A stretch of 32,000 nt of DNA from Candidatus Iainarchaeum sp. (GTDB lineage Archaea; Iainarchaeota; Iainarchaeia; Iainarchaeales; JACQJH01): NCBI GenBank assembly GCA_016205145.1, contig JACQJH010000002.1:605307-637306 (forward strand). The letters are read 5' to 3'. Below, one piece after another: positions 1 through 9,880 of the stretch. The notes beneath the pieces were generated by a model. It was not told the origin of the DNA. It did not search any database and worked only from the letters and a program-made list of their open reading frames with translations. The position numbers were made by a program, and so were the translations under genes. Every line of letters starts with the position of its first letter. The first letter of the stretch is position 1.

Positions 1-975
1 GGAACTCTGGAAGAAGAGCTTGCGGAGCCGGCTGAGGAACTGCACGAAGCGGCTGAACCGCACGATATCAAAGGCCGCGAACTCCAAGCCAAGGTTTCGC
101 TCGGCGGAAAGCTGAAAAGTTTTTTCACGGGCACGGTGACTGTTTCGGAAAAGGAAATTTCCGGCCTGCTTGAAGATCTGGAGCTTGCACTGCTGGAAGC
201 GGATGTCGAGCCTGACACTGCGGAAAGGGTTTGCGCCGGAATAAAAAAAGAGCTGTCCGGAAAAAAAATCGACGGGAACAGGTTTGAGGAAGCGATAAAA
301 GCAGAGATAAGGAAAAGCCTGCTTGAAACCATGGCGGCGGAAAGCATCGACATTTGCGCCATGGCAAAATCAAAGGCGGAAAAGCCGTTCGTCATTCTTT
401 TTTTGGGCCCCAACGGAGCCGGGAAAACAACGACGATTGCGAAAATCGCGCACTATCTGAAAAAGCGCGGCCTGGAAAGCATTCTGGCGGCATCCGACAC
501 TTTCAGGGCCGCGTCGATAGAGCAGATCGGCGTGCACGCTGAAAGGCTTGGATTGCGCGTTGTAAAACACAATTACGGCTCCGACCCTGCGGCAGTGGCA
601 TTCGATGCAGTGCAGGCGGCTAAGGCTAAAGGCATTCCGGTTGTTCTCGTGGATTCAGCCGGAAGGCAGGAAACAAACAAGAACCTGATGAAGGAAATAG
701 AAAAAATCGTGCGCGTAGTCAAGCCGGATTTGAAGCTGTTTGTCGGCGAGGCCTTGGCAGGGCATTCGCTCATAGAGCAGGCAAGGGAGTTCGACAAAAC
801 TGTCGGGCTTGACGGTTTCGTGCTGACAAAAATCGATACTGATGCAAAGGGCGGCACCACGATTTCCCTGATTTACAATCTAAAAAAGCCGGTCGTGTTC
901 ATCGGCACGGGCCAGGGCTATGATGATATGCTAGAGTTCAGGCCGGAATTCATAGTGGACAGGGCAGTGGCATAA
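1..975 (+). CDS. ftsY: SRP receptor FtsY, 5'-partial (frame is open from base 1; the track start at 136 is an internal GTG)
   Basis: SRP-GTPase NG-domain motifs GPNGAGKTTT, DTFRAA, DSAGR and TKIDTDAKGG. The acidic E/A-rich N-terminal region continues in frame 1 to the window edge without a stop. Confidence 0.9.
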   Translation, partial: GTLEEELAEPAEELHEAAEPHDIKGRELQAKVSLGGKLKSFFTGTVTVSEKEISGLLEDLELALLEADVEPDTAERVCAGIKKELSGKKIDGNRFEEAIKAEIRKSLLETMAAESIDICAMAKSKAEKPFVILFLGPNGAGKTTTIAKIAHYLKKRGLESILAASDTFRAASIEQIGVHAERLGLRVVKHNYGSDPAAVAFDAVQAAKAKGIPVVLVDSAGRQETNKNLMKEIEKIVRVVKPDLKLFVGEALAGHSLIEQAREFDKTVGLDGFVLTKIDTDAKGGTTISLIYNLKKPVVFIGTGQGYDDMLEFRPEFIVDRAVA

Positions 976-982
976 AAAAAGG

Positions 983-1702
983 TTAATCTGATTTGAGCAA
1001 AAACCTGCTGTAAACGAATGCCGCAAGAATTGCCCCGGCAACCGGGCCGATCCAGTAAACCGCCTGGTTTTCAAGGAAGCCTGACGCCATGGCCGGGCCG
1101 AAAGCGCGCGCAGGATTCATCGCAGCACCAGTCAGGACGCCGCCTGCAAGAATGTCGAAGACAAGAACCAGGCCGATTGCCGCGCCATAAACGCCTGCCG
1201 GGGCGCGCCTGTCAACCGCAACCCCGAAAACCGTGAAGACAAGGAAAAACGTGAGGATTGCCTCAACGGCAATGCCAGCAAAAACCGAAACGCCCGAACC
1301 AAGCGCGGGCGTGCCCAGATGCAGTGAACCCGGCGCTGACGGAAAGACAATGGAAAGGAAAAAGCCCGCAAGCAAAGCGCCGCAAACCTGGGAAAAAATG
1401 TAAAACAACGCCTTTTTCGGCTTTATCTGGCGGCCGGCAAGCAGGCCAATCGTGACTGCAGGGTTTATGTGTCCGCCTGAAACATGGCCGGTCGCATAAA
1501 CCATTGCCATCAGGACAAGACCATGCGCCAACGCAATGCCGAGCAGGCCGGCCTGGCCGCCGGAAGCATTGTCTGCGAGAACGGCTCCGGCGCCTATGAA
1601 AACAAGGGCAAAAGTGCCGATTGATTCTGCCAGAAAAGCCGGAAAATCGCCCAAGCCAACCACGCCAAAAGAAACAAGAATAATATATGAAACACAATTC
1701 AT
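983..1702 (-). CDS. MIP-family channel (aquaporin/aquaglyceroporin)
   Basis: 239 aa, strongly hydrophobic, with two NPA boxes (HINPAVT and MNPARAF). ATG at 1702. Confidence 0.9.
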   Translation of the reverse strand: MNCVSYIILVSFGVVGLGDFPAFLAESIGTFALVFIGAGAVLADNASGGQAGLLGIALAHGLVLMAMVYATGHVSGGHINPAVTIGLLAGRQIKPKKALFYIFSQVCGALLAGFFLSIVFPSAPGSLHLGTPALGSGVSVFAGIAVEAILTFFLVFTVFGVAVDRRAPAGVYGAAIGLVLVFDILAGGVLTGAAMNPARAFGPAMASGFLENQAVYWIGPVAGAILAAFVYSRFLLKSD

Positions 1703-1797
1703 ATTAAAAATGTTGTTCGGGGAAGGCTTATATTGAGCGAAACCGCCAAATATCAGTTAATGCAAACTTGTGCAAAAAAATTTGGAGATGATGCAAG

Positions 1798-2406
1798 ATG
1801 GCCTTTGAATTACCGAAACTCGATTACGCGTTCGACGCGCTTGAACCGCACATCGACGCGAAAACAATGGAAATCCATTTCACGAAACACCACCAGGCAT
1901 ACGTTGACAAGCTCAACGCTGCAGTGAAGGGCACTGAATGGGAGAACAAAAAAATCGATGACATCCTCTGGAACATCAGCAAGGTGCCCGAAAGCATCAG
2001 GACGGCTGTAAGGAACCACGGCGGCGGGCACGCAAACCACTCGCTGTTCTGGAAAGTCATGGCTCCGAACGCCGGCGGAAAGCCGGGCGGAGAGCTTGCA
2101 AAGGAAATCGACAAGGCTTTCGGCTCGTTCGACAAGTTCAAGGAAACTTTTTCGAACGCCGCGGCAACAAGGTTTGGAAGCGGCTGGGCATGGCTTGTTG
2201 CAAGCAACGGAAAGCTCGAGGTTTACAGCACGGCTAACCAGGACTCGCCCTTGATGGAAGGCAGGAAGCCAGTGCTCGGCCTTGACGTGTGGGAACATAG
2301 TTATTATTTAAAGTACCAAAATAGAAGGACCGACTATATCAATGCATTCTGGAACATTGTGAACTGGAAACAAGTAAACGAGAATTATCAAAGTGCAACG
2401 CAGTAG
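1798..2406 (+). CDS. sod: Fe/Mn-type superoxide dismutase
   Basis: N-terminal [16 protein letters not shown] and FTKHHQAY, plus C-terminal [15 protein letters not shown] metal-ligand motif. GGAGATGA Shine-Dalgarno-like sequence lies 6 nt upstream of the ATG. Confidence 0.93.
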   Translation: MAFELPKLDYAFDALEPHIDAKTMEIHFTKHHQAYVDKLNAAVKGTEWENKKIDDILWNISKVPESIRTAVRNHGGGHANHSLFWKVMAPNAGGKPGGELAKEIDKAFGSFDKFKETFSNAAATRFGSGWAWLVASNGKLEVYSTANQDSPLMEGRKPVLGLDVWEHSYYLKYQNRRTDYINAFWNIVNWKQVNENYQSATQ

Positions 2407-3329
2407 GTGCATTAGCACCTCTGCCGAGCCAATTTTGAACGTAGCAAATTTTTTCTGGCTTTAGCTTGCACGTGCCAATATTTTCAAAGAATGTTCGCAC
2501 GAACGATTTCTTATATATTCTAAGATGATAGATTTTTTTCCTTGGCGAGCCATCCTTGCCGACAAACGATTTTTGTATGGAATATCGTGAGATTATTTGA
2601 AGCTGTTCTTCAAGTAGCTTTCGGATAATTTCTAGAATATTGTAATTCGTGTTACACAAATCCAAACAAATTTTTGGTGTCTTCCGCGACTTCTCTTTTA
2701 TGACTTTAACGCACCCCTCAGCATCAAAAAAACCCTCAATCAATTGTAGTGCATTCAGCCTACAGTCTCCGTCACCCAACATAAGAAATAATTTGTCAAA
2801 ATCTTTACGAATTTGCTTGAACAAAAAGAAAAGTTCGACGTTTCCAACCACTACAAACCAAGTGTTATTAGATCTGTTGATATAGCCTTTGACCGGCCGG
2901 CCAATACAGGCTGAAATTTTGCCGGCGTATTTTTTTATGAAATCCTCTTCCCCTATAACGCCCACCTTATGCCCGACTTGTTTCCAAGAATAAACATATC
3001 CATCTCCGATAAGGGCACCCAATATATAAAATAATTCAGGACAGTGCTTGAGTCTTTTTTTACCAAAAGGCGACGATGTACCATGATACCAAGCATAAAG
3101 GCTTCCGACAGTTATTCCGTATCTAGTACTAATTATTGAAAATATTTCTTTTCTGGGAAGACCGCTTTCTTTTAATACCATAAATGCATTGAAGGCTTCC
3201 ACTCTTAGACCAGATTCTATTATAGTCATCTCTCTCAAAAAGAGCATATTGTTGGCTCTTTAAAAAGGAAAATCATGGTGCGTTGCCGTTGAATCAAATC
3301 TAAACCATTTTTCTTTTTTTCTTCCTGAA
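2299..3329 (-). mobile_element. Low-GC cassette carrying the LAGLIDADG gene and apparently the last ~36 codons of sod
   Basis: Hand-counted G+C is 36/60 in 2221-2280 and 37/112 in 2295-2406. The low-GC tract continues to the start of ogg at 3330. Boundaries are approximate. Confidence 0.55.
2339..3247 (-). CDS. Free-standing double-motif LAGLIDADG homing endonuclease with N-terminal HTH-like segment (start may be the internal ATG at 3229)
   Basis: Two LAGLIDADG boxes, [10 protein letters not shown] and [12 protein letters not shown], each keeping its terminal acidic residue. AT-rich codon usage is unlike the neighbours. The 3' tail overlaps the sod 3' end by 68 nt on the opposite strand. Confidence 0.85.
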   Translation of the reverse strand: MLFLREMTIIESGLRVEAFNAFMVLKESGLPRKEIFSIISTRYGITVGSLYAWYHGTSSPFGKKRLKHCPELFYILGALIGDGYVYSWKQVGHKVGVIGEEDFIKKYAGKISACIGRPVKGYINRSNNTWFVVVGNVELFFLFKQIRKDFDKLFLMLGDGDCRLNALQLIEGFFDAEGCVKVIKEKSRKTPKICLDLCNTNYNILEIIRKLLEEQLQIISRYSIQKSFVGKDGSPRKKIYHLRIYKKSFVRTFFENIGTCKLKPEKICYVQNWLGRGANAPTALHFDNSRLLVSSSQCSRMH

Positions 3330-3968
3330 ATGTCTTTCATGCAAGAGTTGCTTGGCCGGATCGGGCGCCTGAAAAGCGCGGATGAGAGGCGGACTATTGA
3401 ATCGAGGATGCTTGAGTTTGAGGAAACCGGAAAGCAAAACGAAAAGGTTTTTTCCGAACTCTGCTTCTGCCTGCTGACCGCAAATTTCAATGCCGAGCGC
3501 AGCATAAAAATCCAGAATGAAATTGGTGACGGCTTTTTGAAATTGCCAGCGGACGCTCTGGCCCAAAGGCTGAAGGAGCTTGGCCACAGGTTTCCGAACG
3601 CGCGCGCAAAATTCATTTTCGAGGCAAGAAAACACGCGCCGGGCCTGAAAGAAAAAATCGAGTCGTTTTCCGATGATGCCGGGGCAAGGCAGTGGCTTGC
3701 CGGGAATGTGAAGGGCCTCGGCTACAAGGAGGCGAGCCATTTCCTGCGCAACACCGGCAGGAAAAACGTCGCAATAATTGATTTTCACATTGTTGACCTG
3801 CTGGCAAGGCACGGCCTCATTGAAAAGCCGAAATCAAAGTCGATTCCTGCGAAAAAATACGTCGAAATCGAAAAGGTGCTTGAAGGCGTGTGCAAAAAAA
3901 CCGGCCTGAGCCAGGCCGAGCTTGACCTCTACTTGTGGTATCTTGAAACAGGAAAAATTTTGAAATAA
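3330..3968 (+). CDS. ogg: 8-oxoguanine DNA glycosylase/AP lyase, archaeal Ogg2-like (HhH-GPD superfamily)
   Basis: 212 aa with ELCFCLLTANF, helix-hairpin-helix GLGYKEASHFLRNTG and AIIDFHIVDLL, as in short archaeal N-glycosylase/DNA lyases. Confidence 0.8.
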   Translation: MSFMQELLGRIGRLKSADERRTIESRMLEFEETGKQNEKVFSELCFCLLTANFNAERSIKIQNEIGDGFLKLPADALAQRLKELGHRFPNARAKFIFEARKHAPGLKEKIESFSDDAGARQWLAGNVKGLGYKEASHFLRNTGRKNVAIIDFHIVDLLARHGLIEKPKSKSIPAKKYVEIEKVLEGVCKKTGLSQAELDLYLWYLETGKILK

Positions 3969-3983
3969 AAATCGCAATAGCAA

Positions 3984-4874
3984 TTACATTTCCCGCAACC
4001 TTTGGATGCGGGATTCAATAGAAGGGTGCGTTTCAAACAGGTTGTTCAATGCGCTGGCATGCTCTTTCAGCGGGTTTATGATGTAAAGGTGCTCGGTCGC
4101 CTTGTTCGCTGCCTCCAAAGGCTCCGTGTCCTTTGAGATTTTTTCAAGCGCGCTCGCCAAAGCGCCGGGGTTTTTCGTGAGCAAGGCAGAGGAAGAATCA
4201 GCAAGGTATTCCCTGTTGCGCGAGATTGCAAGCTTTATTAGCGTCGCAATCAGCGGCGAAAGGATTGCCAGGGCGATTGCGACAACCGCCAGGACCAGGC
4301 CGAAATTGCCCCTGTCCTCGCGGTGCCTGCCGAAAATGCTTATGCGCAGGAGAAAGTCCGACAGCAGGGCGGTAAGGCCGACCATGACGACAGTGTACAT
4401 CATTATGCGCGTGTCAGAGTTTTTGATGTGCGACATTTCGTGGCCGATGACGCCTTCAAGTTCCGCACGGTTGAGTTTCTGCAGCAAGCCGGCCGTGACA
4501 ACAATGGCTGCATGCTCCGGGTCCCTGCCGGTCGCAAAGGCGTTCGGCGCTGTGTCGTCGATGATGTAACATTTTATCGGCGAACTCAGGCCAATGCCGA
4601 CCGAAAGCTCTTCAACTATGTTGTAAAGCTGGGGCAGTTCCTTTTTCGTTACGGGCCTTGCCTGCGAAATGGACAGGACGAGGCTGTCGGAATAATAATA
4701 GGAAAAATATGCGGAGCCCACTGCTATGGCCAAGGCGAAGGGAATTGCAAACGCGCCCAGGCCCGTGTAGAGCGCGAAAATGTAAACCAAAAACATTACA
4801 AAGAAAATGAAGAAAAAGAACAGGAACAGGGTTTTACGCCTGTTCCCTTCAACCTGCTCGTAAACGCCCGCCAA
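3984..4874 (-). CDS. htpX: M48-family zinc metalloprotease HtpX (TTG start in track; first in-frame ATG lies inside a TM helix)
   Basis: HEMSHI zinc motif, downstream NREYLAD glutamate, and N-terminal and central TM segments. It lies 15 nt downstream of lemA on the same strand. Confidence 0.87.
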   Translation of the reverse strand: MAGVYEQVEGNRRKTLFLFFFFIFFVMFLVYIFALYTGLGAFAIPFALAIAVGSAYFSYYYSDSLVLSISQARPVTKKELPQLYNIVEELSVGIGLSSPIKCYIIDDTAPNAFATGRDPEHAAIVVTAGLLQKLNRAELEGVIGHEMSHIKNSDTRIMMYTVVMVGLTALLSDFLLRISIFGRHREDRGNFGLVLAVVAIALAILSPLIATLIKLAISRNREYLADSSSALLTKNPGALASALEKISKDTEPLEAANKATEHLYIINPLKEHASALNNLFETHPSIESRIQRLREM

Positions 4875-4889
4875 AGGAAACCACCCGGT

Positions 4890-5438
4890 TCAGAATTTGA
4901 CTTTGGGCGCTTCCCTTGCTCCTGCTTCCGCCTCGAAGAAATCCTTTTTGGCGAAACCGAACATTCCCGCTATGACATTGCTTGGAAACTGCTGGATTGC
5001 GTTGTTGTACAGCAGGACAGCGTCATTGTAGAACTGTCTCGCGTACGCGATCTTCGACTCGGTGCTTGAAAGCTCTTCCTGCAACTGCTGGAAGTTTTCG
5101 CTCGCCCTCAACTGCGGATAAGCTTCTGCGACGGCGAAAAGGCTTTTGAGCGCGCCGGTCAGCATGTTTTCCGCCTGCGCCCTGCCCGAAACACCGGTTG
5201 CGTTGGCGACCGCGGCCCTTGCCTTGGTCACTTCAGTGAAAACGTCCTTCTCGTGCTTGGCATAGCCCTTGACCGATTCGATGAGGTTCGGAATGAGGTC
5301 AAACCGCCTCTTCAACTGCACGTCAATCTGGCTCCACGCATTCTCAACGCGGTTCCTGTTGCCTATCAGGCCGTTGTAGACGAGAATCAGGCCGAGAACC
5401 AGGATGACAATTATTCCAAGAAGAATCCATTCAATCAT
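4890..5438 (-). CDS. lemA: LemA-family membrane protein
   Basis: Single N-terminal TM helix followed by [32 protein letters not shown], typical of LemA. Forms the common lemA-htpX pair. Confidence 0.85.
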   Translation of the reverse strand: MIEWILLGIIVILVLGLILVYNGLIGNRNRVENAWSQIDVQLKRRFDLIPNLIESVKGYAKHEKDVFTEVTKARAAVANATGVSGRAQAENMLTGALKSLFAVAEAYPQLRASENFQQLQEELSSTESKIAYARQFYNDAVLLYNNAIQQFPSNVIAGMFGFAKKDFFEAEAGAREAPKVKF

Positions 5439-5502
5439 AAAGAAAACGCACCCCCGCGGTTAGTAAATTAGCCACGATTTGTTTTAATAAATTAACCTGC
5501 TA

Positions 5503-6915
5503 TCAGTCCCTGTTCGGGTTTATGCTGCCATCAAGAATGCCTTTGAGCGTTTCCAGGTTGGGCTCGACATGCCTGCCGCGCTCTTGTACAATATATGATA
5601 TGCCATTAAGCAGGGATTGAACCGTGATTCTTCCACGGCCAAAATTCCCGGGCAGGTATTGCTGGAGAAAAGCCGCGTCCAAAGAGGTTATTCGGCCAGC
5701 CTGCCTTGCCCTGTTGACTTCGTCAAGAACCACCTGCAGCTGCGCTTTTCGCAATTGCACGCGGGCCTGCGACTGCCCTGCATCAGCATAATAATCGCGC
5801 AATTGGCGGTATTGTTCCAACTCTTCCGGCTTCCTTTGTTCAACTTCTTTCGGAACCGTTTCGTAGCGCCGGACACCCAAGTCAGCTGCAAGCTGTGCCA
5901 GGCTCATTTGCCGGGCATGCTCTAGCCAGTTGACCAATTCAACTGATGACAGGCCGTTTTCGCGGCGGACAGCATCCAAAAGAATTCCAATCGCGGCTGG
6001 TGGAATGTACCTGCGCTTTGCTGCTTCAATAATGGTAGCCTCACCAGTGACAGCCCTGTACAAATCCTTTGCCGAAGCCGTCTGAAGCTGATTGCCTATC
6101 AGGCCTTTTTCTTGTGCCAAGGCAATAGCGTTTAGGGTCGGCGGAATGCCCTCCAATGGATTGCCATCTGAATCAAATGGAATAGTTCCGCCTAAATGTC
6201 TCCTCAATGATTGCAAGGCCGCCACTTCCACTGTTTCCGTTGCAGCCGCCTTCAAGCCTTCGCGCTCTTCCGGACGCCTGTTAGAGTTTTCGGCAGCCGC
6301 GAAAAGGACATTATTCCTGAAAAAAAGCAGTGCGTCAATATATTCCCCTGCGCCCATCCTGCGGCCCATTCTGCCATTCCCCATCCGGTAGCTTTGCATT
6401 TTCAGCAGATATTCCCTGAGCCTGTCCCGGACATCCGGCTGAAGTGCTACTCCAAGTGATTTTCTGCGGGGCTTCCCGCTTGGCTTCGGACCGCGCGTTC
6501 CGGTAAGCGCGCTCAAAATGTTGCTGTAAAGCCAGTCGGATACAATGCCCAATTCGCCATGCAACTGGTATTTTGCCGGCCTTGCGGCTGCAGGCAAATT
6601 CGCAAAGTCCTTTTCGCCTGTTCCAAGCTGTTTCCATCTGGCGGCCTCTGCGGGTGTCCTAGGGGGCCTGCGTCCTGCCTCCGTCCGCTCCGCCTCCAAA
6701 GCCGCCCGCCGGGAAGCAAGGCGCAATTCAAGCTGCACGCGGTTTGGTTCAACGCGGCTGCGCAGCCCGGCTGTCCTTTGCCGGTTGGCAGATACAGTGG
6801 CATCACGGGAAACTGGTTTTGGTGCCAGAGGGCTTAAGCGGTTTCTTCTGGCATTCCTTCGCACAGCAGTACGCCTTCTGTTTGGGCCGATTGCGAAACG
6901 TCTGCGCGGGCGCAT
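5503..6915 (-). CDS. Hypothetical protein, ~470 aa, with a strongly Arg-rich N-terminus and an HTH-like segment (track start 6921 is TTG; ATG at 6915)
   Basis: Long uninterrupted ORF. N-terminus is MRPRRRFAIGPNRRRTAVRRNARRNR. MSLAQLAADLGVRRYETV resembles a helix-turn-helix. No family recognised. Confidence 0.6.
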   Translation of the reverse strand: MRPRRRFAIGPNRRRTAVRRNARRNRLSPLAPKPVSRDATVSANRQRTAGLRSRVEPNRVQLELRLASRRAALEAERTEAGRRPPRTPAEAARWKQLGTGEKDFANLPAAARPAKYQLHGELGIVSDWLYSNILSALTGTRGPKPSGKPRRKSLGVALQPDVRDRLREYLLKMQSYRMGNGRMGRRMGAGEYIDALLFFRNNVLFAAAENSNRRPEEREGLKAAATETVEVAALQSLRRHLGGTIPFDSDGNPLEGIPPTLNAIALAQEKGLIGNQLQTASAKDLYRAVTGEATIIEAAKRRYIPPAAIGILLDAVRRENGLSSVELVNWLEHARQMSLAQLAADLGVRRYETVPKEVEQRKPEELEQYRQLRDYYADAGQSQARVQLRKAQLQVVLDEVNRARQAGRITSLDAAFLQQYLPGNFGRGRITVQSLLNGISYIVQERGRHVEPNLETLKGILDGSINPNRD

Positions 6916-6974
6916 AATCAAAAACCATCAAAAGAATAGAATAAGCGCGTTAAAAGTAAATAAATCTTTGCGGG

Positions 6975-7016
6975 AAAAAACTTCGCTTTGGCCGGCCCAC
7001 CGGCGGCCGGCAAAGC
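6975..7016 (-). terminator. GC-rich hairpin plus T-run downstream of the 180-aa gene
   Basis: GCTTTGGCCGGCC...GGCCGGCAAAGC imperfect inverted repeat at 6985-7016, followed on the minus strand by TTTTTT (plus-strand A-run at 6975-6980). Confidence 0.4.
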
Positions 7017-7035
7017 CAGCCCGTTCGTTAAACAA

Positions 7036-7578
7036 CTATTTTTCCGCGGTTATCTGCCATGCTCCGCGCGGGTAGCCGAAAACCGTCGGCGTTCTGCCAT
7101 ATTCTTTCGGGTAAAGCGGCCTTGCGGTTATTTTTCCATGCCCGAATGCGCTCTGCCTCAACAGCCATTCGATGAAATCCGATTCACCCTCTCCCACCAT
7201 GAGCATGAGCTTGCCTCCGCGGCAAAGCTTTTTGTGGCAAATGTTGAAAACGCGCAAAGTGTATTCCATGTGGTCCACGACCGGCTGGCTATCCTCGCCT
7301 TCCGGCCCGTAATAGCCCAAGGCAAACTCGGAGCTTATGATTGAAGCAGCGCCATCCTTGAGCCGCTTCAGGCCGGACTCGAAATCGCCGTGAAACTGGT
7401 GCCAGTTGGGCGGGCGGTGGTCGCCGGGATTGATCAGGTCAACCCCTATGAATGTCGCATTAGGAAATCTTTCCGAGCGCTTTTTTGTTTTGTATGCGAC
7501 CGCTTCCTCGTCAAATCCCACGTTGCCGAGATGCACGACAAGCGGCCTCCGCCTTTTCGGGCGCGCGATTTCAGGCAT
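7036..7578 (-). CDS. Hypothetical protein with class I methyltransferase-like fold pattern (degenerate G-loop)
   Basis: VVHLGNVG (motif I-like), FIGVDL (acidic end of beta2) and KLCRGGKLMLMV (motif after beta4). ATTAAAAG TATA-like box lies ~27-30 nt upstream of the ATG. Confidence 0.6.
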   Translation of the reverse strand: MPEIARPKRRRPLVVHLGNVGFDEEAVAYKTKKRSERFPNATFIGVDLINPGDHRPPNWHQFHGDFESGLKRLKDGAASIISSEFALGYYGPEGEDSQPVVDHMEYTLRVFNICHKKLCRGGKLMLMVGEGESDFIEWLLRQSAFGHGKITARPLYPKEYGRTPTVFGYPRGAWQITAEK

Positions 7579-7673
7579 GCAAAATAATCGTTCTCGCGGC
7601 TTTTAATGGTTGCGATTTTTTGGCTTATTCCATTTGATTTAAAGCTTTTGCAGGGCAGATTCTTGTGATTGCG

Positions 7674-9035
7674 ATGTCTTTGGGCGAAAAGCTTGCCGGC
7701 GCAATGGAAACCCTGAGGCGCGCGGCAACATTGGACAAGGATGCCATAAAGGAGGCTGTCAAGGAGATTCAGCGCGCGCTCATTTCCTCTGACGTGGAAG
7801 TTTCGCTTGTCCTCGAACTGAGCAAAAAGATCGAGGCAGAGGCCTTCAAGGAAATGCCGGAAGGATTCAACCGCAAGGAGCATGCAATCAAGGCAACATA
7901 TGATCTGCTTGCCGAACTGCTCGGCGGGGAAGCCGCAAAAGCGCCCGAAAACCCGAAAAGGATTCTGCTCGTCGGAACCTTCGGCCATGGCAAGACGACC
8001 ACCGCAGGAAAAGTTGCAAAATGGTATGCCAAGCGCGGAAAAAGCGTTGGGTTAGTTGCCGCGGACGTTTTCAGGCCGGCCGCGGTCGAACAATTGAGGC
8101 AGGTCGCGGAAAAAGCCAAAGTCGAATTTTTCGGGATTGAAGGCGAAAAAAGCGCGCAGAAGGTGGTGGAAAAAGGGCTTGAAAAATTCCATTCAAAGGA
8201 CCTTGTCATTGTCGACAGCGCGGGCAGAAGCGCGCTGGACGAAGAGCTCGTGAAGGAAATAAAGGAAATCAGTTCGGCGCTGAAACCCGATGAAACGTGG
8301 CTTGTGCTCGGCGCGGACATCGGGCAGATCGCAAAAAAACAGGCGCAGGCGTTCCACGACGCGGTCGGAGTAAACGGCGTAATAATCACTAAAATGGATG
8401 GAAGCGCGAAAGGCGGCGGAGTTTTGGCGGCATGCCATGCCACGAAGGCAAGCGTCTACTTTATCGGCGTTGGCGAAAAGCTTGACGATTTCGAGGAATT
8501 CGACGCGCAAAGGTATTTGTCGAGGATCATGGGCTTCGGCGATTTGCAGGCACTGCTGGAAAAGGCGAAAGAGCTGGGCGAAGATGAAACGGCGTTGTCT
8601 GCAGAGGAGATGCTGGAAGGCGAATTCAATTTCAAGGTCTTCTACGAACAGCTGAAGGCGACGAAAAAACTCGGCCCGCTGTCAAAGGTTGCGGAAATGC
8701 TGGGCATGAAAATGCAGGTGCCGAAAGAACAGCTTGAAATCGGGCAGGAAAAAATGGACTCGTTCGGCATAATCATCGACAGCATGACCGAACAGGAGCG
8801 CAAAAACCCCGAACTTCTTACCAGAACGAGAATCCACAGGATTGCCGTTGGCAGCGGCAGGAAAGAAGAAGATGTCCGCGAACTGATAAAGCAGTACAGG
8901 ACCATGGAAAAAATGTTCAAAAAATTCAAGAGCATCGGCTCCGAAAAGAAACTGGAAAAAATGGCGAAATCCGGCAACTTCGGCGGAATGCTGCAGGGCT
9001 TTGCCAAAAAAAAGAAAAAGTTCAGGCTGAAATGA
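7674..9035 (+). CDS. srp54: Signal recognition particle protein SRP54 (track start 7665 is GTG; ATG at 7674)
   Basis: GTFGHGKTTT P-loop, DVFRPAA, DSAGR and TKMDGSAKGG, with a Met-rich M domain and a basic C-terminus. Confidence 0.93.
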   Translation: MSLGEKLAGAMETLRRAATLDKDAIKEAVKEIQRALISSDVEVSLVLELSKKIEAEAFKEMPEGFNRKEHAIKATYDLLAELLGGEAAKAPENPKRILLVGTFGHGKTTTAGKVAKWYAKRGKSVGLVAADVFRPAAVEQLRQVAEKAKVEFFGIEGEKSAQKVVEKGLEKFHSKDLVIVDSAGRSALDEELVKEIKEISSALKPDETWLVLGADIGQIAKKQAQAFHDAVGVNGVIITKMDGSAKGGGVLAACHATKASVYFIGVGEKLDDFEEFDAQRYLSRIMGFGDLQALLEKAKELGEDETALSAEEMLEGEFNFKVFYEQLKATKKLGPLSKVAEMLGMKMQVPKEQLEIGQEKMDSFGIIIDSMTEQERKNPELLTRTRIHRIAVGSGRKEEDVRELIKQYRTMEKMFKKFKSIGSEKKLEKMAKSGNFGGMLQGFAKKKKKFRLK

Positions 9036-9056
9036 GAACGCAACGGCGATGATTGA

Positions 9057-9869
9057 ATGGAATTCCTGCTTTTCCGCGAGGCGATTGTTTTGCTTGCCTG
9101 TGCTGTTTCGGCTTACACTGACTGGAAAGACGGCCTGATTCTGGACAAAATAACGTATCCCCTTATCGCAATCGGAATCGCCTTGAACCTACTGGAAAAA
9201 GATTTGACTGTTTTCATTCTGCCGATTGCGGTTTTTGCCATTGGTTATGCCATTTACTATGCGGGAAAAGTGGGCGGGGGGGACGTGAAACTTCTTGCCG
9301 GAATTGCAATGGTTCTGCCGTCGGTGCGGGGTGAAATCTTCGTTTTGAACGCCCTGCTCATTGCCTCGTCTTCCGCAATAGTTTTCCTTTCGGCTTACTT
9401 CGTTTCAAAGTACGCGCGAAAAGGCATTGACTGGAAGGAAAACCGCGGCGGAATAATGCGCGCCCTGCTGTTCGCTGCATTCATTGCCGCATACTTCTGG
9501 TTTTTGCTGCAGTGGAAAATCATGCCGCTGTCAGGAATAATGATTTTTGCCGTTCCCGTGGCTTTCGCGCTCGTATTCCTGGCGCTGGAACACGGCATCC
9601 GCAGAAACTTTTTTTTGCAGGAAGCCAAACTGTCAGAGCTTGAAGAGGATGAAATCGTCGCTGTGGAGTTTTTGGATTCGAAAGTGTTGGAAAAGCTTGG
9701 CCTCAAATTCAAAGGCGTGCTCGGAGAAAAGGAAATCGGAAAACTCAAGGAAATGGGCCTGAAAACAGTGCCAGTTTACAGGAAACTCCCGGCGTTCGCG
9801 CCGTTCATACTGTTGGGCGCGGTTGCCGCGATTGCCTGGCCGGGAATGGTAGCGGGACTGTTCATTTGA
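9057..9869 (+). CDS. A24-family aspartic prepilin/preflagellin-type signal peptidase
   Basis: Polytopic membrane protein with the two catalytic Asp contexts YTDWKDG and GGGDVKLL. Confidence 0.8.
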   Translation: MEFLLFREAIVLLACAVSAYTDWKDGLILDKITYPLIAIGIALNLLEKDLTVFILPIAVFAIGYAIYYAGKVGGGDVKLLAGIAMVLPSVRGEIFVLNALLIASSSAIVFLSAYFVSKYARKGIDWKENRGGIMRALLFAAFIAAYFWFLLQWKIMPLSGIMIFAVPVAFALVFLALEHGIRRNFFLQEAKLSELEEDEIVAVEFLDSKVLEKLGLKFKGVLGEKEIGKLKEMGLKTVPVYRKLPAFAPFILLGAVAAIAWPGMVAGLFI

Positions 9870-9880
9870 AAAGAGAAAAA

